A DNA stretch of 64,000 bases, from contig NC_081362.1 in the NCBI RefSeq assembly GCF_030684315.1, forward strand, positions 61,717,744-61,781,743, in the 5' to 3' direction. Both the position numbers and the translations under genes were made by a program. Below, piece after piece: positions 50,050-63,885 of this stretch; positions within the stretch are counted from its first letter, which is position 1, and each line of letters begins with the position of its first letter. The stretch comes from Stegostoma tigrinum (Eukaryota). The notes under the pieces were generated by a model. The model was not told the DNA's origin, searched no databases, and saw only the letters and a list, made by a program, of their open reading frames with translations.

Positions 50050-53000
50050 TACTGGACCAAATAACCATAAAAGTGTAGGGAAATTCAATAGCGGAACAAC
50101 CTTAAAAGACTTTGTATCTCTATGCACAGAGCATTCAGAATAAGTAGGTAAATGAATGTGATCTCATAGCTATTACGGAAACGTGATTACGAAGAAATTA
50201 AAACTGGGAACTTTACTTAGAAGGATATTTGACCTTTCAGAAATACATGAGTGATGGAAAAATTGGTGGGGTAGCACTATTAATGAGAGATGAAATGAGG
50301 ACAGTTGTGAGATATGATCTAGGCCTGCGTGATATAGAATCTGTTTGGGTGGAGTTTTAAAAAGCAGCAGGGATAAGAAAACATTGGTGGACACCCCCAA
50401 ACAGTAGCCAATCTGTAGGCAAGGCTATATGTCAACAAATAATAAGAGCATGTAAAAAGAATAGAACAATAATTCTTGGTGATTTTAATCTTTATGGTGT
50501 TTGGGTTCATCAAATTGGGAAGGGTTTCGCTGACAAGAAATTCACAGACAGTAGCAGGGATAGTTTCTGAGAATGATATTCTTGGAGCCAGCCAGGGATC
50601 CAGCTGACTTGGATCTGGTGATAAGGCAAGCTTAACAAATGAACTCAGAATAAAAGGTTGCTTAGGAAGTAGTGATCATAACAGAGAATTTAATACACAG
50701 TTCAAGAGTGAGAAACCTGTGTCAGAAACAACTGTGTGCAACTTAAATAAAAAGAATTATAATGAAATGAGGATAGAGTTAGCTAAAGTGAATAGGTTGG
50801 ATAGATTACAAAGGGTATCAGTAAGCAAGCAGTGGTAGGCATTTAAGAAGATAATTCGTGACTGTTGGCAAAAACAGCAATAAGGCAAAAAGATTCTGAG
50901 AGAGAGATAAATCAACCATGACAAAGAAGTTAGGGAGGATATTAAGTTGAAAGTAAAAGCATATAAGGAGGTCAAAGTCAGTGATAGCCCCAAAGCCTGG
51001 GATAAATTCAGATCCAGCAAAGGAGGTGTAAAAATTTAATAAAGATGGAGAATAAACTAGGTGGGCGAACTAGTGAGGAATATAAAAACTGACATTAAGT
51101 TTCTTTGAATATATAAAAGGAGCTGCGAGATCAAAGTGAACGAAGGCCCCTTAGAAAATAAATTTGAAGAGATGATTATGGGTATCAAAGAAATGGCAGT
51201 AGAGTTTTTAAAAAGTGCTTTGCATCAGTCTTTGAAGATAATTTGAACATATCATTAATACCAAAGGCTATAGGGGCAAAATTAAGTACCATCATCTTTA
51301 TTAAAGTATTGGACAAAATATTGAGGCCAAAGGCAGTTCAGTCTCCTGGATTTGATGGCTTGCATTCTAAGATCCTAAAATAGGTAACTGCAGAGACAGT
51401 GGATGCATTAACTGTAAGTCCTTGGCTTCTGAAGAATCAATGATTCATAGAATCCGTACAGTATGGAAACAGCCCTTTGGCCCAACAAGCTCACACCAAC
51501 GCCCAGACCCGTTCCCCATAACCCATAATCAACCTAATCTGCATATCCCTGAACACTATGGAAAATTTAGTATGGCCAGTCCACCTACCCTGTACATCTT
51601 TAGACTGTGGGAGGAAACCAGGCCACCTGGAGGAAATCCACACAGATGGGGAGAATGTGCCAGCTCCACACAGACAGTCACCTTCCGTAAGACCATAAGA
51701 AATAGGACAGGTGGATTTGAACCCCTGTCCCTGGCACTGTGAGGCAGCAGTGCTAACCATTGAGCCACGGTGCCATTCCTGAGCCACCATGCTACAAGAA
51801 GTACTACAGGATTGTAAAACTAGTAATGTGATAATCCTATTTAAAATGCAAGTGAGGCTAAATGTGGCTGATTAGCCTAAAATGTATTATTGGAAAAGTA
51901 TTGGAATCAATTTTAAGGAAGTAATAGTAGAACGTTTGGAAAGTTTTGATCCAAGCAAGCAGAGGCGGAATGGTGTCATGAAAGGGAAATTATGACTGTT
52001 AGAATGTTTCCAGGAAATATAAACTAGAGTGTGTAGAAGGAAACCAGTAGATGTGTTGTATTTGGACTTCCAGAGGCATTTGACCAGATATCATACAAAA
52101 GGTTAAATCTTAAGAGCCCCTGGTTTTGGAGGTGGTATATTGGCAAGGATAGAGAATTGGCTAATGGGCAGAAAATGATGAGTGGAGATAAGGGACAAAA
52201 ACAGAAATTGCTGAAAAAGTTCGGCAGGCCTGGCAGCATTTGTGGGAAGAAATCAGAGTTCATGTTTCAAGCTGAGTGATTTGATTTTGTTTTGATTTCT
52301 TTCCACAGGTGCTTTGAGACCTGCTGAGCCTTTTCCAGCCCTTTTCTATTTTTCTTTCTGATTCACAGCGTCTGCTGTTCTTTTGGTTTTTATTTAGTGG
52401 AGGTAAGGGGTTCTTTTTCAGGTTGGAAGGTTTTTTCAGGTTGGTGACCCACAACTAGTGGGGTTCCACAGGTATCAATGCTGGGACCACAGCTGTTCAC
52501 AATATATGCTGATGACTTGGAGGATGGAAGAGAATGTACTCTAGCTAAATTTGCAGACAGTGCCAAAACAGGTGGAAAGTCGAGTCGACAGAGGGCTAAA
52601 AACAGTTTGCACAGAGATATTGACAGGTTAAGCATGTGGGTGAAAAGTTGTCAAATAGAGTATAATGTGGGAAAATGTGAACTTGTTCCTTTTGGAAAGG
52701 AGAACGAAAGAATAGAATATGGTTTATATGGACAGAAATTGCAGCAAACCACAACACAAAGGAACTGGAGTTACCTTTAAATGAAACACAGAAATTTACC
52801 ACACAGGTACTGATGATAATCAGGAAGGCTAATGGAATGTTGGCTCTTATTTCAAGGAGGTTAGAGTGTAAGGGTAGGAAAGTCTTACTGCAACTGTGCA
52901 TGGTGTTGGTGAGATCGCTTCTGGAGTACTGTTAGCAGTTTTGGTCCCTTATTTAGGGAAAGATGTAATTTCATTGGAGGCAGTTCAGAGAAGGTTCACT

Positions 53001-53455
53001 AGAATGACCCCTAGTATGAGAGGGGTTGTCTCGTCAGCAAAGGCCAAACAGATTGGGACTGAGTAGGGTTTAGAAGAATGAGAAGTTATCATGTAGAATT
53101 CATATGTTGAAACATATAGGATTCTTCAGGGGCTTGACAGGGTAAATACTGAGAGGATCTTTCTCTTGATGGGAAAGTCTAGGACTAGAATAAAGGGATG
53201 CCAATTTAAGACTGAGATGAGGAGGAATTCCTTCCCTGAGTGTTATGAGTCTTTGTAACTCCTTGCCACAGGGAGCTAAGGGGCAAAGTCCTTGTATACT
53301 TGAGGCTGAGATAGGTTCTTGATCAGTAGGTGAATCAAGCGTGAAGGGAAGAATGCAGGAAAATGACTGAGGAATGTTGGACCCACCATGATTCCACTGA
53401 ATGGTGGAGCAGGCTCGGGGAACTGAGCAGCCGACTCCTGTTTCTATTTCTTATG
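50050..53455 (+). mobile_element. Long degraded CR1-type LINE with nested insertions
   Basis: Decayed endonuclease motifs, then RT motifs SGVPQVSMLGPQLFTIYADDLE...KFADSAK...YNVGKCE, then 3' UTR. Confidence 0.85.
51446..51790 (-). mobile_element. HE1-type V-SINE nested in CR1
   Basis: Reverse-complement match to HE1 copies. Confidence 0.85.
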
Positions 53456-53803
53456 TTAGGAAAAAGTTGGGAAGGGGAAAGTATCCTGTGATACAGTATT
53501 AACAGGGGTGTGTTCATTACATAAGGGTAATATAGTGAGGTATGATAAGTATGGACTGACTGGTTGATGTCTCAAGATTATTTTATGTCTCCTTTAAATA
53601 AGATAGTTAGTAAAATGTTGTTATTGTCCGTAGTGCTGAAGAATAATAGAATACATTTGGTAAGTTAACAGATAGCACAAAGATGCTTTCAGAAGAAAAA
53701 GTATATTTGAATTTGGATGCAGCTGTATTGTGGATGTCAGATGGTAAAAAATGATTTTTTCTTAACTTCAGAGTAAGTAGAAAAGAACTATTTTATCTTT
53801 CAG

Positions 53804-53894
53804 GGGGTGTATCCTCTGTTCATGCTTTAATCTGGACTACCCAGCCTTGGACGATTCCAGCTAACCAGGCAGTTTGCTATATGCCAAATGCTGA
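53804..53894 (+). CDS. IARS2: IARS2 exon 7
   Basis: 91 nt, ctttcag|...|gtaagt. Encodes [29 protein letters not shown], with the editing-domain WTTxPWT motif. Confidence 0.97.
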
Positions 53895-54732
53895 GTAAGT
53901 TCTGCTGTTGTTTATAAATTCCACATTAGAATGATGTACCTCCTGGAATTTGAATACATCCACACTTATTGATTGAAGTAAACGGTCACAACGTTGTTTG
54001 CTTCTAACTTCTAGCCCAGAAGTGTCCACAATCTAATAAAAGTTACTTGATCAAACAACAAATGAACCTTGAATGACCTGACCCTCTGAATACAGTTTGA
54101 CTTTGTCGTTCTTTGTGAAGAGGACAGTTCTGTAGCAGAAAGAAATCATTATGTTCCATGTAGAACAGTGGTTTATTTTGTGAAAAAAAACTTGAAAATG
54201 TTAAGCCAAGGTATATTGTCTTTGGGACAAACGCAATATTTGAATATAGTGTGACTATGGGCCCATAGGTGCTTGCCATCAGTATTAATTAGTTTTGTGT
54301 AGAAGAATCTAAAACCCTAAAATTTTCCCCTGAATTGAAATGAATCTGTTGCTTTTAGTGTAATGAAGTTGAAGATTTGTGTGAATGCTTAATAAAGTCT
54401 TTACTTTAGAGAGTGATGGCTTTTGATGAACGTAGGATAACTTCTTGCATCTTGGACATAGGATATTTCAGTTTAACTGTATTAAAGTTTTCTTCGGCAC
54501 ACTTGAAAGATATAGTTGTTAGCTCAACAAGTTAACTGTTGCAGTGCAACAGTGAGTTTTCACAATAATCACACAGTGCAGCTGACATCAGTAACTGTCA
54601 AGTTGTATTCAAAAACTGGAAGACAGCTAAGTTTCTTGTTTTAGTAAGGTAAAATTTAGTTATCAAATGGCCTTGATTATAAAATCAGTAAATTCCTAAT
54701 GCAATGCAATGCTGTGATGTTTCTGAATGCAG

Positions 54733-54848
54733 GTATTCTCTAGTGAAGTGCTTAAATACAGAAGAACTCTACCTTCTAGGTACAGAATGTGTAGAATCTA
54801 CAGCAGCTATCCTGGACACGCAGTTTGATATTCTTCAGACAGTTAAAG
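54733..54848 (+). CDS. IARS2: IARS2 exon 8 (GC donor)
   Basis: 116 nt, aatgcag|...AAG|gcaaga. Encodes YSLVKCLNTEELYLLGTECVESTAAILDTQFDILQTVK-G; phase 1 joins exon 9. Confidence 0.88.
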
Positions 54849-55247
54849 GCAAGAGAAATTAAAGTAGATTTATCTTGAGTGTCTCTCTTTATTTCATTGA
54901 AAATTATAGCACGTTATAATATATTCTAAATTATATCCCATCTCCCGTTTTTACTTTAGTGTCTGTGCCCTAAGGGTTGCATTTATTATAGGGCCATGGT
55001 TTCATGTACCAAAATATTCCTCTAAGACTTTGTCCAGATGATAGTTTTACAGGTATAAGCCTTGATAGTGAGTGTGTTAAGAGACTTCTTGAGAAGTAAT
55101 CTAGACAAGCCCTGAATTGTATACAAGACTACTTTCAGCAGACCTTGCTCATTAATGATCAGAATATAGAACATGTCTGAATTTCTTTTTGCCCTTCCTA
55201 CTCATGCATGGAAAACTGAGATGAATTACATGGCACATGTTGAATCA

Positions 55248-55432
55248 TGATGCGGAGATGTCGGTATTGGACTGGGATGGACAAGGCCAAAAATCACATG
55301 ATACCAAGTTACAGTCCAACAGTTTATTTGAAAGCGCAAACGTTTTGCAGCTCAGCTCCTTCCTCAAACCTGAATATACCTGTTTTCGAATAAAGTTGTT
55401 GGACTATAACCTGATGTCATGTGATTTCTGAT
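55248..55432. mobile_element. Inverted-repeat PLE-type fragment (same family as 19660)
   Basis: Arms aaatcacatgataccaagttacagtccaaca / tgttggactataacctgatgtcatgtgattt. Confidence 0.65.
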
Positions 55433-55560
55433 TTGTGTAAAATCAAATTAGCTTATCTATTACCAAATAACTTGAGTGGGTTTCATTGTATGGAGATTTT
55501 ATACATTTTTAATCCTTCATAACTCTTGATGCAGATACGTTATTACTTCTCCTGGTGTAG

Positions 55561-55730
55561 GTTCTGATTTAAAAGGTGGAGTCTGTAGCCATCCCACAAT
55601 TCCTGGAAGAGAATCCCAGCTTTTGCCTGCAAACCACGTCACAATGGTGAAAGGGACAGGGTTGGTCCATACTGCCCCAGCTCATGGAATGGAAGATTAT
55701 GGTGTCGCTTCCCACCACAAACTCTCTGTT
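55561..55730 (+). CDS. IARS2: IARS2 exon 9
   Basis: 170 nt, ggtgtag|...|gtaagt. Encodes [56 protein letters not shown], with the GTGxVHxAP editing motif. Confidence 0.97.
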
Positions 55731-56699
55731 GTAAGTTACAGATTAATATGTGCACCAAACTCAAATATCTAATGGGCCTCATGGTGACCACCTGTGCTCT
55801 GTGGTTGTTGTAACAACAACACATTGAATCCAGTCAAGTTGGGAGAAATGAAAACCACAACAACGTTCTTTATTTACATAGTCAGTGTAGACCCGCAAGG
55901 GCAGTAGTGTTGGGTAAGTAGGTTGCTGTGGATTAGAATATGGCATAGGGGCAGGAGCTGGCTACTTAATCCTTTGAACTGGCTATTTCATGATACCATT
56001 TCACAAAATCAGGGCTGAACAGAAACCTGCCTTCATATCTCTGCCTTTACCCCATATCTCTCTGACAATTTTGGTTCACAAAAATCTATCATTCTCTGAT
56101 CTAAAATGTACAATTGGCCTAGTGTGTACTCCCATTTTTGGAAGAGCATTTCAAGCTTTTAACACCCTTTGTGTTTTCTAATTTTTCGAACATCTTTTTC
56201 CAAAGAAGCCTGGCTCTAATTTTTTCTCTTCATCCTAGATTCCCCAGACTGAGGGAATAGTTTCTGAATACAGTTTAGATAAGCTTAAGTTTACAATGGG
56301 TGGAAGATGAGATTCTGGCTGGGAAAGAATTTTGAGTTTGGAGGTAATAAAATCATGAATCAGGGTTACAGCAGCGGATGGATGGCAGCAGGGGTAGAGA
56401 TGGACAATAGTACAAATGTATAATTGTCATCTTTGTGAATTTAAAAAAATGATTAGAAACTGAGTTCACATTCAAGTAGGATGTGGAGGTGGCAGCCAGT
56501 TTAGTCGAGCCTCAAACAGCCTTCTAGAGGGTTGCTGAAGTTAGTAGCTCGGAAGCTGGTACCTGCAACAAAGACTAAGATAATAGCTTTAGTCTACACA
56601 TTCTTTAATTGGGGGGAATTTTGCCTTATCTAATACTGGGATAATGCATCATGTTCACCATTGCTGCAGTTTTAATTAGTTTGGTTTTCACTGTTTTAG

Positions 56700-56790
56700 G
56701 ATTGTTTAGTGGACGAAAATGGTTTTTTCACTGAAGCGGCTGGATTGGAGCTTCAAAACAAGTATGTCCTTAATGAAGGAAATGAAACAG
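56700..56790 (+). CDS. IARS2: IARS2 exon 10
   Basis: 91 nt, gttttag|...|gttagt. Encodes [30 protein letters not shown]. Confidence 0.96.
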
Positions 56791-57217
56791 GTTAGTAATA
56801 CCTCGGTTGAAGAATGTTTACAAAGCCTTGTTTTGTTTGTTCTCCCAAGGACTTATTGGGTTTGGGGATTAGTAGCTAAACGATGGAGCAAAATAGTGTT
56901 CACCAGTTAATCCATGCTTTGGGCTTGCTTAGCCGAGCTCAGCTAAAGTTGTAAGTGGCTTTCATGTCTTTTCTTTAGAGAAAAATCAATTGGAAATGGC
57001 TGTGCAAAATCTCTGATTAAGAAAGCATATTCATTAATATTTCACAATGTTTGGCTTGTCCAACTTGCGGTTAATATCCAATCAAGAACTTTTGAAGAGT
57101 TGTTACCTGGGAAAATGATGAGGAAAATTGTGTAATGCCCCCATACCCACTGTCACCGCACATCCTGCTCGTGCTTCTTGCTGGGATATTCCATATTAAT
57201 AATGTTTAAAGGAGGTC

Positions 57218-57565
57218 ATAGAATCCTTACAGAGTGGAAACAGGCAAATTGGCCCAACAAGTACACACCACCCCTCCGAAGAGCATCCCACCCAGACCCA
57301 TCCCACTACCCTTTCCTTCTTACCCTGCATTTCCCATGGCTAATCCACCTAACTTACGCACCTCTGGATACAAAGGGCAATTTAGCATGGCCAATCCACC
57401 TAACCTGCACATTTTGTGGAGTGCGGGAAGAAACCCGAGTACCCGGCGGAAACCCCTGCAGACACTGGGAGAATGTGCAAACTCAACACAGATAGTTGTC
57501 TGAGGGTAGAATCAAACCTGGGTTCCTGGCACGGTGAGGCAGCAATGCCAGCCACCGTGCCACCC
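57218..57565 (-). mobile_element. HE1-type V-SINE
   Basis: Reverse-complement match to HE1 copies. Confidence 0.85.
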
Positions 57566-58481
57566 GTGTTGTTCAGCTATTCAAGGTTACCCAGTAATTA
57601 TAAAGCCAACAGGAGTAAACCAGGGAAAAATCAAATCCTGAAAAAGTAGAAAGAAGAAAAATAGTGAAAACATCAAAAACTTTTAATTCTGAGTTTAATT
57701 TACTTTTGTTTTCTCACTGCTTTGCCTTGTTCAGCCATCCATTTGTGTCCATCTTCAACAAGGCAGATGACAATGATATGTCCATGATGGATGAGTGTGT
57801 AAGTTTTATGCAGAGAGAGTGGTTTTTATTTGGTTTCTTCCTCTTCGTGCAAGGTGATCCCCAGTCTGTGCTTAGTTCTTCTTCGACATAATTGCAAATT
57901 TCTGTGGAAGGAATTGTCAATGTGCACTTGCATTCTCATCAACTATTGTATGTTACGAAGTTAAAATTTGTGGAATCATATTTGTTCTAATTTTACAAGT
58001 CAACAGAGCATCACTGACTCTATTTGATGCACTGGTGGCAATCAGGTGTTATAAATTGACCAGTCCTTGAAAATAATTGAAGGCCTATAATCAAAAGAAC
58101 ATGCTTAGTTTCAATCAACTGATTGCATATCATGGTCTCAGTTTGATTCCAGCAGCTCAGCTGAAAGGTACAAATTTAATATGTAGTCGAGAAGTTGCAC
58201 AGGTGTGTAGTTGTTTTTTAGCTGCTATGCGATTGCTGATTCTAGTTTCTCTTGAGTAATGTCACTGCTTTATGTGGACAAAACAGCAGTGAAGAGTGCG
58301 CAGTCCTTGTATTGAATTCATTGTAGTTTCACGTTGCCAAGTATTTGGTTATTATAATGATGATTATTATTAACACTGCTTTAGTTTCTTGTTTATCTTT
58401 CTTGGAAACAGTGCCACATTTTGTAAACAGGTTATAGTCTTCATACAATTTTTATGGATTATAATTTCTGAATTTCATTAG

Positions 58482-58633
58482 TCATCCAAATGTTGCATGG
58501 GGCGAACATGCTGTTGAAAGAGGAAGACATAAGACACAGTTACCCGTATGACTGGAGAACAAAAAGGCCAGTAATTATACGAGCCAGCAAACAATGGTTT
58601 GTGGATACTGCAAATATCAAGAACAGAGCCCAG
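58482..58633 (+). CDS. IARS2: IARS2 exon 11
   Basis: 152 nt, tcattag|...|gtaaat. Encodes (V)[50 protein letters not shown]. Gene continues off the window. Confidence 0.97.
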
Positions 58634-59019
58634 GTAAATTTTTTGTTTGAGATTAAGTTATTGTAATGAAAATTTAAATTGTTAGTACTTGTAATTTTGC
58701 CATATATTACTGTGTAGATAGAATTTTTGGATTGTTTTAGACATCAGCTTTTGTCGTTTTTCTTCTGTTGTGAGTTTGCCAAATCTCATCTGTTTTACCA
58801 TACTTTAGAAGTTACTGATGCTATAATTATATTTTTTTCATTTCAAATTTCTCCTCTTTGTTGAAGGTGAAGTAAGGTAAGTACTAAAATGAATGCAGAT
58901 ATATTGGAAGCAAAGCTGATTTTATGTGAGTGAGAAGGAACAACATACATCTCTGCAACCTACCTGAATCTGAACTGTATTTCTAATTTTTTTAAAAACT
59001 CAAAGATGACAATTTTATG

Positions 59020-61770
59020 TCTATGCCATCATCTGTGTCTCAGCGGTGGTGGGCAATTAAACAACTGACTGGAAGAGGAGACTCCACAAATATCTCCATC
59101 CTCAGTGATGCATGCGTCCAGCACATCAGTACAAAAGATTTGGTTGAAGCTTTTTAGCAAGCTTCAACCAGAAGTGCTGAGTGGGTGGTCTATTTGGCCT
59201 CCTTCAGTGCTCCCAAGCATTTACAGATACCAGTCTTCAGCCAGTTCAATTCACTTGATGTGATGTCAAAAAATAGTTGGGGACAGTGGACACTGCAAAG
59301 GCTAAGGCCCCTGAGAACATCTGGCAATAGTACCAAGTTGCACTTGCTCAACAATAACCTGCTCAGTGATGTCTAGTTTGGATTCCACCAGGATCACTCA
59401 GCTCCTAAGATAATAGGAACTGCAGATGCTGGAGAATCCGGGATAACAAGGTGTGGAGCTGGATGAACACAGTAGGCCAAGCAGGAAAGCTGACATTTCG
59501 GGCCTAGACCCTACATCAGAAATGGGGGAGGGGAAGAGGGTTCTGAAATAAATAGGGAGAGAGGAGGAGGTGGATCAAAGATGGATAGAGGACAACTTAG
59601 GTGGAGAGGAGATAAACAAGTAAAAGAGGCGGGGATGGAGCCAGTAAAGGTGAGTGAAGGTAGGGAGGAGATAGGTCAGTCCAGGGAGGACGGACAGGTT
59701 AAGTGGGCGGGATGAGGTTAGTAGATAGGAAATGGGGGTGCGGCTTGAGGTGGGAGCAGGGGATAGGTGAGAGGAAGAACAGGTTAGGGAGGTGGGGATG
59801 AGCTGGGCTGGTTTTGGGATGCGGTGGTGGGAAGGGAGATTTTGAACCTTGTGAAATCCACATTGATATCGTTGGGCTGCAGGGTTCCCAAGCAGAATGA
59901 GTTGCTGTTCCTGCAACCTTTGGGTGGCATCATTGTGGCGCTGCAGGAGGCCCATAATGGGCATGTCGTCTTAGGAATCGAAGGGGGAGTTGAAATGGTT
60001 CGAGAACTAGAAGGTGCAGTTGTTTATTGCTAGCCGAGCATAGGTGTTCTGCAAAGCAGTTCCCAAGTCTCCGTTTGGTTTCCCTGATGTAGAGGAGACC
60101 ACAACGAGTACAATAGATGCAGTATACCACATTAGCAGGTTGCAGGAACAGCAACTCATATTCCGCTTGGGAACCCTGCAGCCCAATGGTATCAATGTAG
60201 ATTTCACAAGCTTCAAAATCTCCACTCCCCCCATCGCATCCCAAAACCAGCCCAGCTTGTCCCCACCTCCCTAACCTGTTCTTCCACTCGCCTATCCCCT
60301 CCTCCCACCTCAAGCCGCACCCCCATTTCCTATCTACTAATCTCGTCCCGCCCCCTTGACCTGTCCATCTCCCCTGGACTGACCTACCTCCTCCCTACCA
60401 CCCCACCTACACTCACAGTTACTGGCTTCTCTCCACCTATCTTCTCCTCTATCCATCTTCGATCCGCCTACCCCTCTCTCCCTATTTATTTCAGAACCCT
60501 CTTCCCCTCCCCCATTTCTGATGAAGAATCTAGGTCCGAAATGTCAGCTTGCCTGCTCTCATCCAGCTCCACACCTGTTCACTCAGCTCCTGACCTCATT
60601 ACAGCCTTGGTTCAAGCATGGACAAAAGAGCTGAATTCCAGAGGCGAGGTGAGAGCGACAACCTTTGATATCAAAGGTACGTTCGACCAAGTGTGGCATT
60701 GAGGAGCCCTAGCCATACTGGAATCAATCGGTATCCGTTGGCAAACTTTTTGCTGATTGGAATCATTCCTGGCACAGAAGATGATGTTCTTGGCTGTTGG
60801 AGGTCAGTCCTCTCAGTTTCAGGATGTCCCTGCTGGAGTTCCTCAGAGTGATGTCTTAGCCTCAACCATCTGCAGCTCCTTCATTGATGACCATTCCCCC
60901 CATCATAAGGTCAGAAGTGGAGATGTTCACTGTGCAATGTTCAGCATCTTTCATGACTCTTCAGGTACTGAAGCAGTCCATTGTCAAATGCAACCAAATC
61001 TAGACAATATTCAGGCTTGGGCTAACAACTGCTAAGTAGCATTCTTGCCACACAAATGCCAGACGATGACCATCACCAATAAGAGACAATATGACCACCA
61101 TCCCTTGACATTCAATTGGTGTCACCATCACAGAAATCCCCACTATCAACAATTTGGAGATTACCGTTGACCAGAAACTCAAGTGGACTCTCCACGTAAA
61201 TACAGTGGCTTCAAGAGCAGATCAGAGGCTAAGAATACTCTGGCGAGTAACTCACCTCCTGACTCCACAAAGTCTGTTTCACCATCTATAAGGCAGAACT
61301 CAGGAGTGTAATGGAATACTCCCCGCTTGTCTGGATGGCTGCAATTCCAAAAACGTTCAAGAAGCTTGACACCATCAGAACAAAGCAGCCTGCACAATTG
61401 GCACCACATTCACAAACATCCTCTCATTCCGTGCAGAAATTCACCAAAGATCCTCCAGACAGCATTTTCCAAACCTGTGACCACTTCCATCTGTAAGGAC
61501 AAGTAGATACGTGGGAACACCATCACCTCCAGGTTCCATTCCAAGCCACTCACTGCTCTGATTTGGAAATACATCACCATTCCTTCAGTGTTGCTGGGTC
61601 AAAATTCTGGAATTCTACCCCCTAATGACATTATGGGTCTGCTCACAGAAGGTGGACTGCAGCAGTTCAAGAAGGCAACTCATTCCAACTTTCTCAAGGG
61701 CAACTAGGAACGGGTAATAATAAATGCTGGTCAGCCAGTGACGATCTCATCCTACAAACGAATACAAAAA
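59020..61770 (+). mobile_element. Degraded non-LTR retrotransposon (CR1/L2 group) interrupted by a PLE
   Basis: RT motifs FGFHQDHS, DIKGTFDQVWH, AGVPQSDVL and MEYSPLVW; 3' tail shared with the second SINE family. Confidence 0.8.
59407..60578. mobile_element. PLE insertion with long inverted arms
   Basis: Minus-strand GIY-YIG segment (NVVYCIYCTRCGLLYIRETKRRLGNCFAEH) followed by an inverted copy of the 3' end; 13-bp TSD tcactcagctcct at 59394-59406 and 60579-60591. Confidence 0.9.
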
Positions 61771-63679
61771 GAACTTGCTGAGAATGAAATAGAAAGTAAT
61801 GAGAAACATTTAAAGCTGAAATCAGTAGAGTCAGGAAACATGTATGCCACTGCAGTGCAAAATAAAACGTGTGACTCATCACCCATGAAACTGAAATACC
61901 CGCTAAAATTTTAAGTAAAGAGAAAAGGTGTGCGTGAATATGAAGGGGAGGATAATGAAAGGAGTATGACAAGGTTATAGGTTGGAAGCCAAAAGTCAAA
62001 TTTGGAGGCCAAGGAGAACCTGCAAAACTGAATTAACAAAGAAAATTAAAAGACATAGCCAAGTATTATATAAACGTAAAGAAGAAAAGAAAATCACGGT
62101 GGGGGAAATTAAAGATATACCTGATAAGCTCTCATGTCTTAGCGGTATGAGCAAAATATTCAATGATTGAGTGCTTCCAGAGAGACTTAGATGGTGGACA
62201 TGGCATTATAAGAAAAAAAATGGCATAGTGATATTTAAGATTATAAAGGATAGATGACTGAATTTGTTCAACCTGAAGCGCATAGACTGTATGATCGGAT
62301 GGATTGCACCCACATGCATCAAAAGAACTGGTGGAAGAAAGGACAGTGGCATTGACGTGTGTCATTATATAAATATTCTAAAAGGAGCAGTGCAAGGGAA
62401 TTGGCAGAGAACGAATAGTGTAAATGTATTTAAGGGGAAACCACTTAAGCATTTGAGGGAGAAAGGACTACAAGGATATGTTCATAATTTAGATGAAAGA
62501 CTTTGGGAGGCGATTCTTTTAGAACATAAACATCATCTTGGACTTGTTGGGCCAGACTTCCTGTTTCTCAGCCGTAACTACTTTTAATGTAGTATTGTCA
62601 AAGAGGCATCAGCCAATCCTCTGAGTATCTTTTTACTATCTAAGACTAAATAATGATCTGGACTGAATGACTTCCTTCTATCCTGTGTGATTCTATAATC
62701 TACTAGTCATTCTTTAAGTATGTATCCCATGTATGTTCAGAGCTTCTATTTGCAGTTTGAGGTTTGTGATATTAGAATTAATTTATGGCATTTTCTCTTT
62801 GTCAATATTGTCAGGATTGACTGACGTACAATTGTCAGAATACAATTAAGGACCTCAGGCCTTATCTTGATTTGTGCAATGTTCCACAGAGGGATGCACT
62901 TTTTATTGAAGTACATATTTTTATTTAGAAGTGAAATGTGTCGTGTAAATGAATAAGCAATTGCTAGTTTGGACTATTGCAGTAGCAGCATAGTGCCATG
63001 CGAGTGTGCTATTGCCTCCGTTGAATATAGGTTATTAAATCCTTATACTCAAAATTTAAAGTGTTTTACACTAATGTGCTCTTTATCGTACATGTTGCCT
63101 AAGTGTGCGTATTTCTTGATTGACAGGCAGTGGAAACTATGAACAGTAAAAACACAAAATGTTGGAAGTAGTAGCTCATACAGAATCTGTGGAGAGAAAA
63201 CCAAAATGTTTCAAGCCAATGATCTTTTGTAGCACATAGAAAATACTAAACTGACACAATCAAAGTGTTTGTACCTTCCAGTTGCCCACCGCAATTGCAG
63301 TTAAAGATGACAAATTGCAGAGAACCAAGTACTTCACGCCATCTGTTTGAAGCTTGCAAGTTCTTTGTATTTTGTGAAGTTTCTTCACCAAACCACAATA
63401 AAGCACTACAATGCTGGATAAACATTTGAGTCAGTCATCAGCCATGGAGAGAAAATGATTGTTGCTAAATTTGTCTAGTTTTAAAGCTTGAGCCCATTAT
63501 TCCTAATTGTTCCCAATGAGGATATTGAATGACATTGTGTATATTTGCAGATTCATCTTTTGTTTCAGCAGTGAAATTCTGGTTGTTGTGAGGGTGTACC
63601 TGCTTAATAATTAGATTTTGTAGCTTTAAAGAATCATTGCTGTTTTAAAATTTGTTATAACATTGCTTTCCATTCAGAC

Positions 63680-63885
63680 CCCTTTAGAAATGAGATGAGA
63701 AGGACTTTCTTCAGCCAAAGGTTGGTGACTCTGTGGAACTCATTGCCACAGAGGGGTGTGGAGGTGAAATCATTGAGTGTATTTATGACAGACAGAGATA
63801 GGACCTTGATAGTAAAGAGATCAAAGGTTGCAGGGAGAAGGCAGGAGCATGAAGTTGAGAAACATTGTTGCACTAGCCACACTGT
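63680..63885 (+). mobile_element. CR1-type LINE 3' fragment
   Basis: MRRTFFSQRLVTLWNSLP. Confidence 0.75.
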
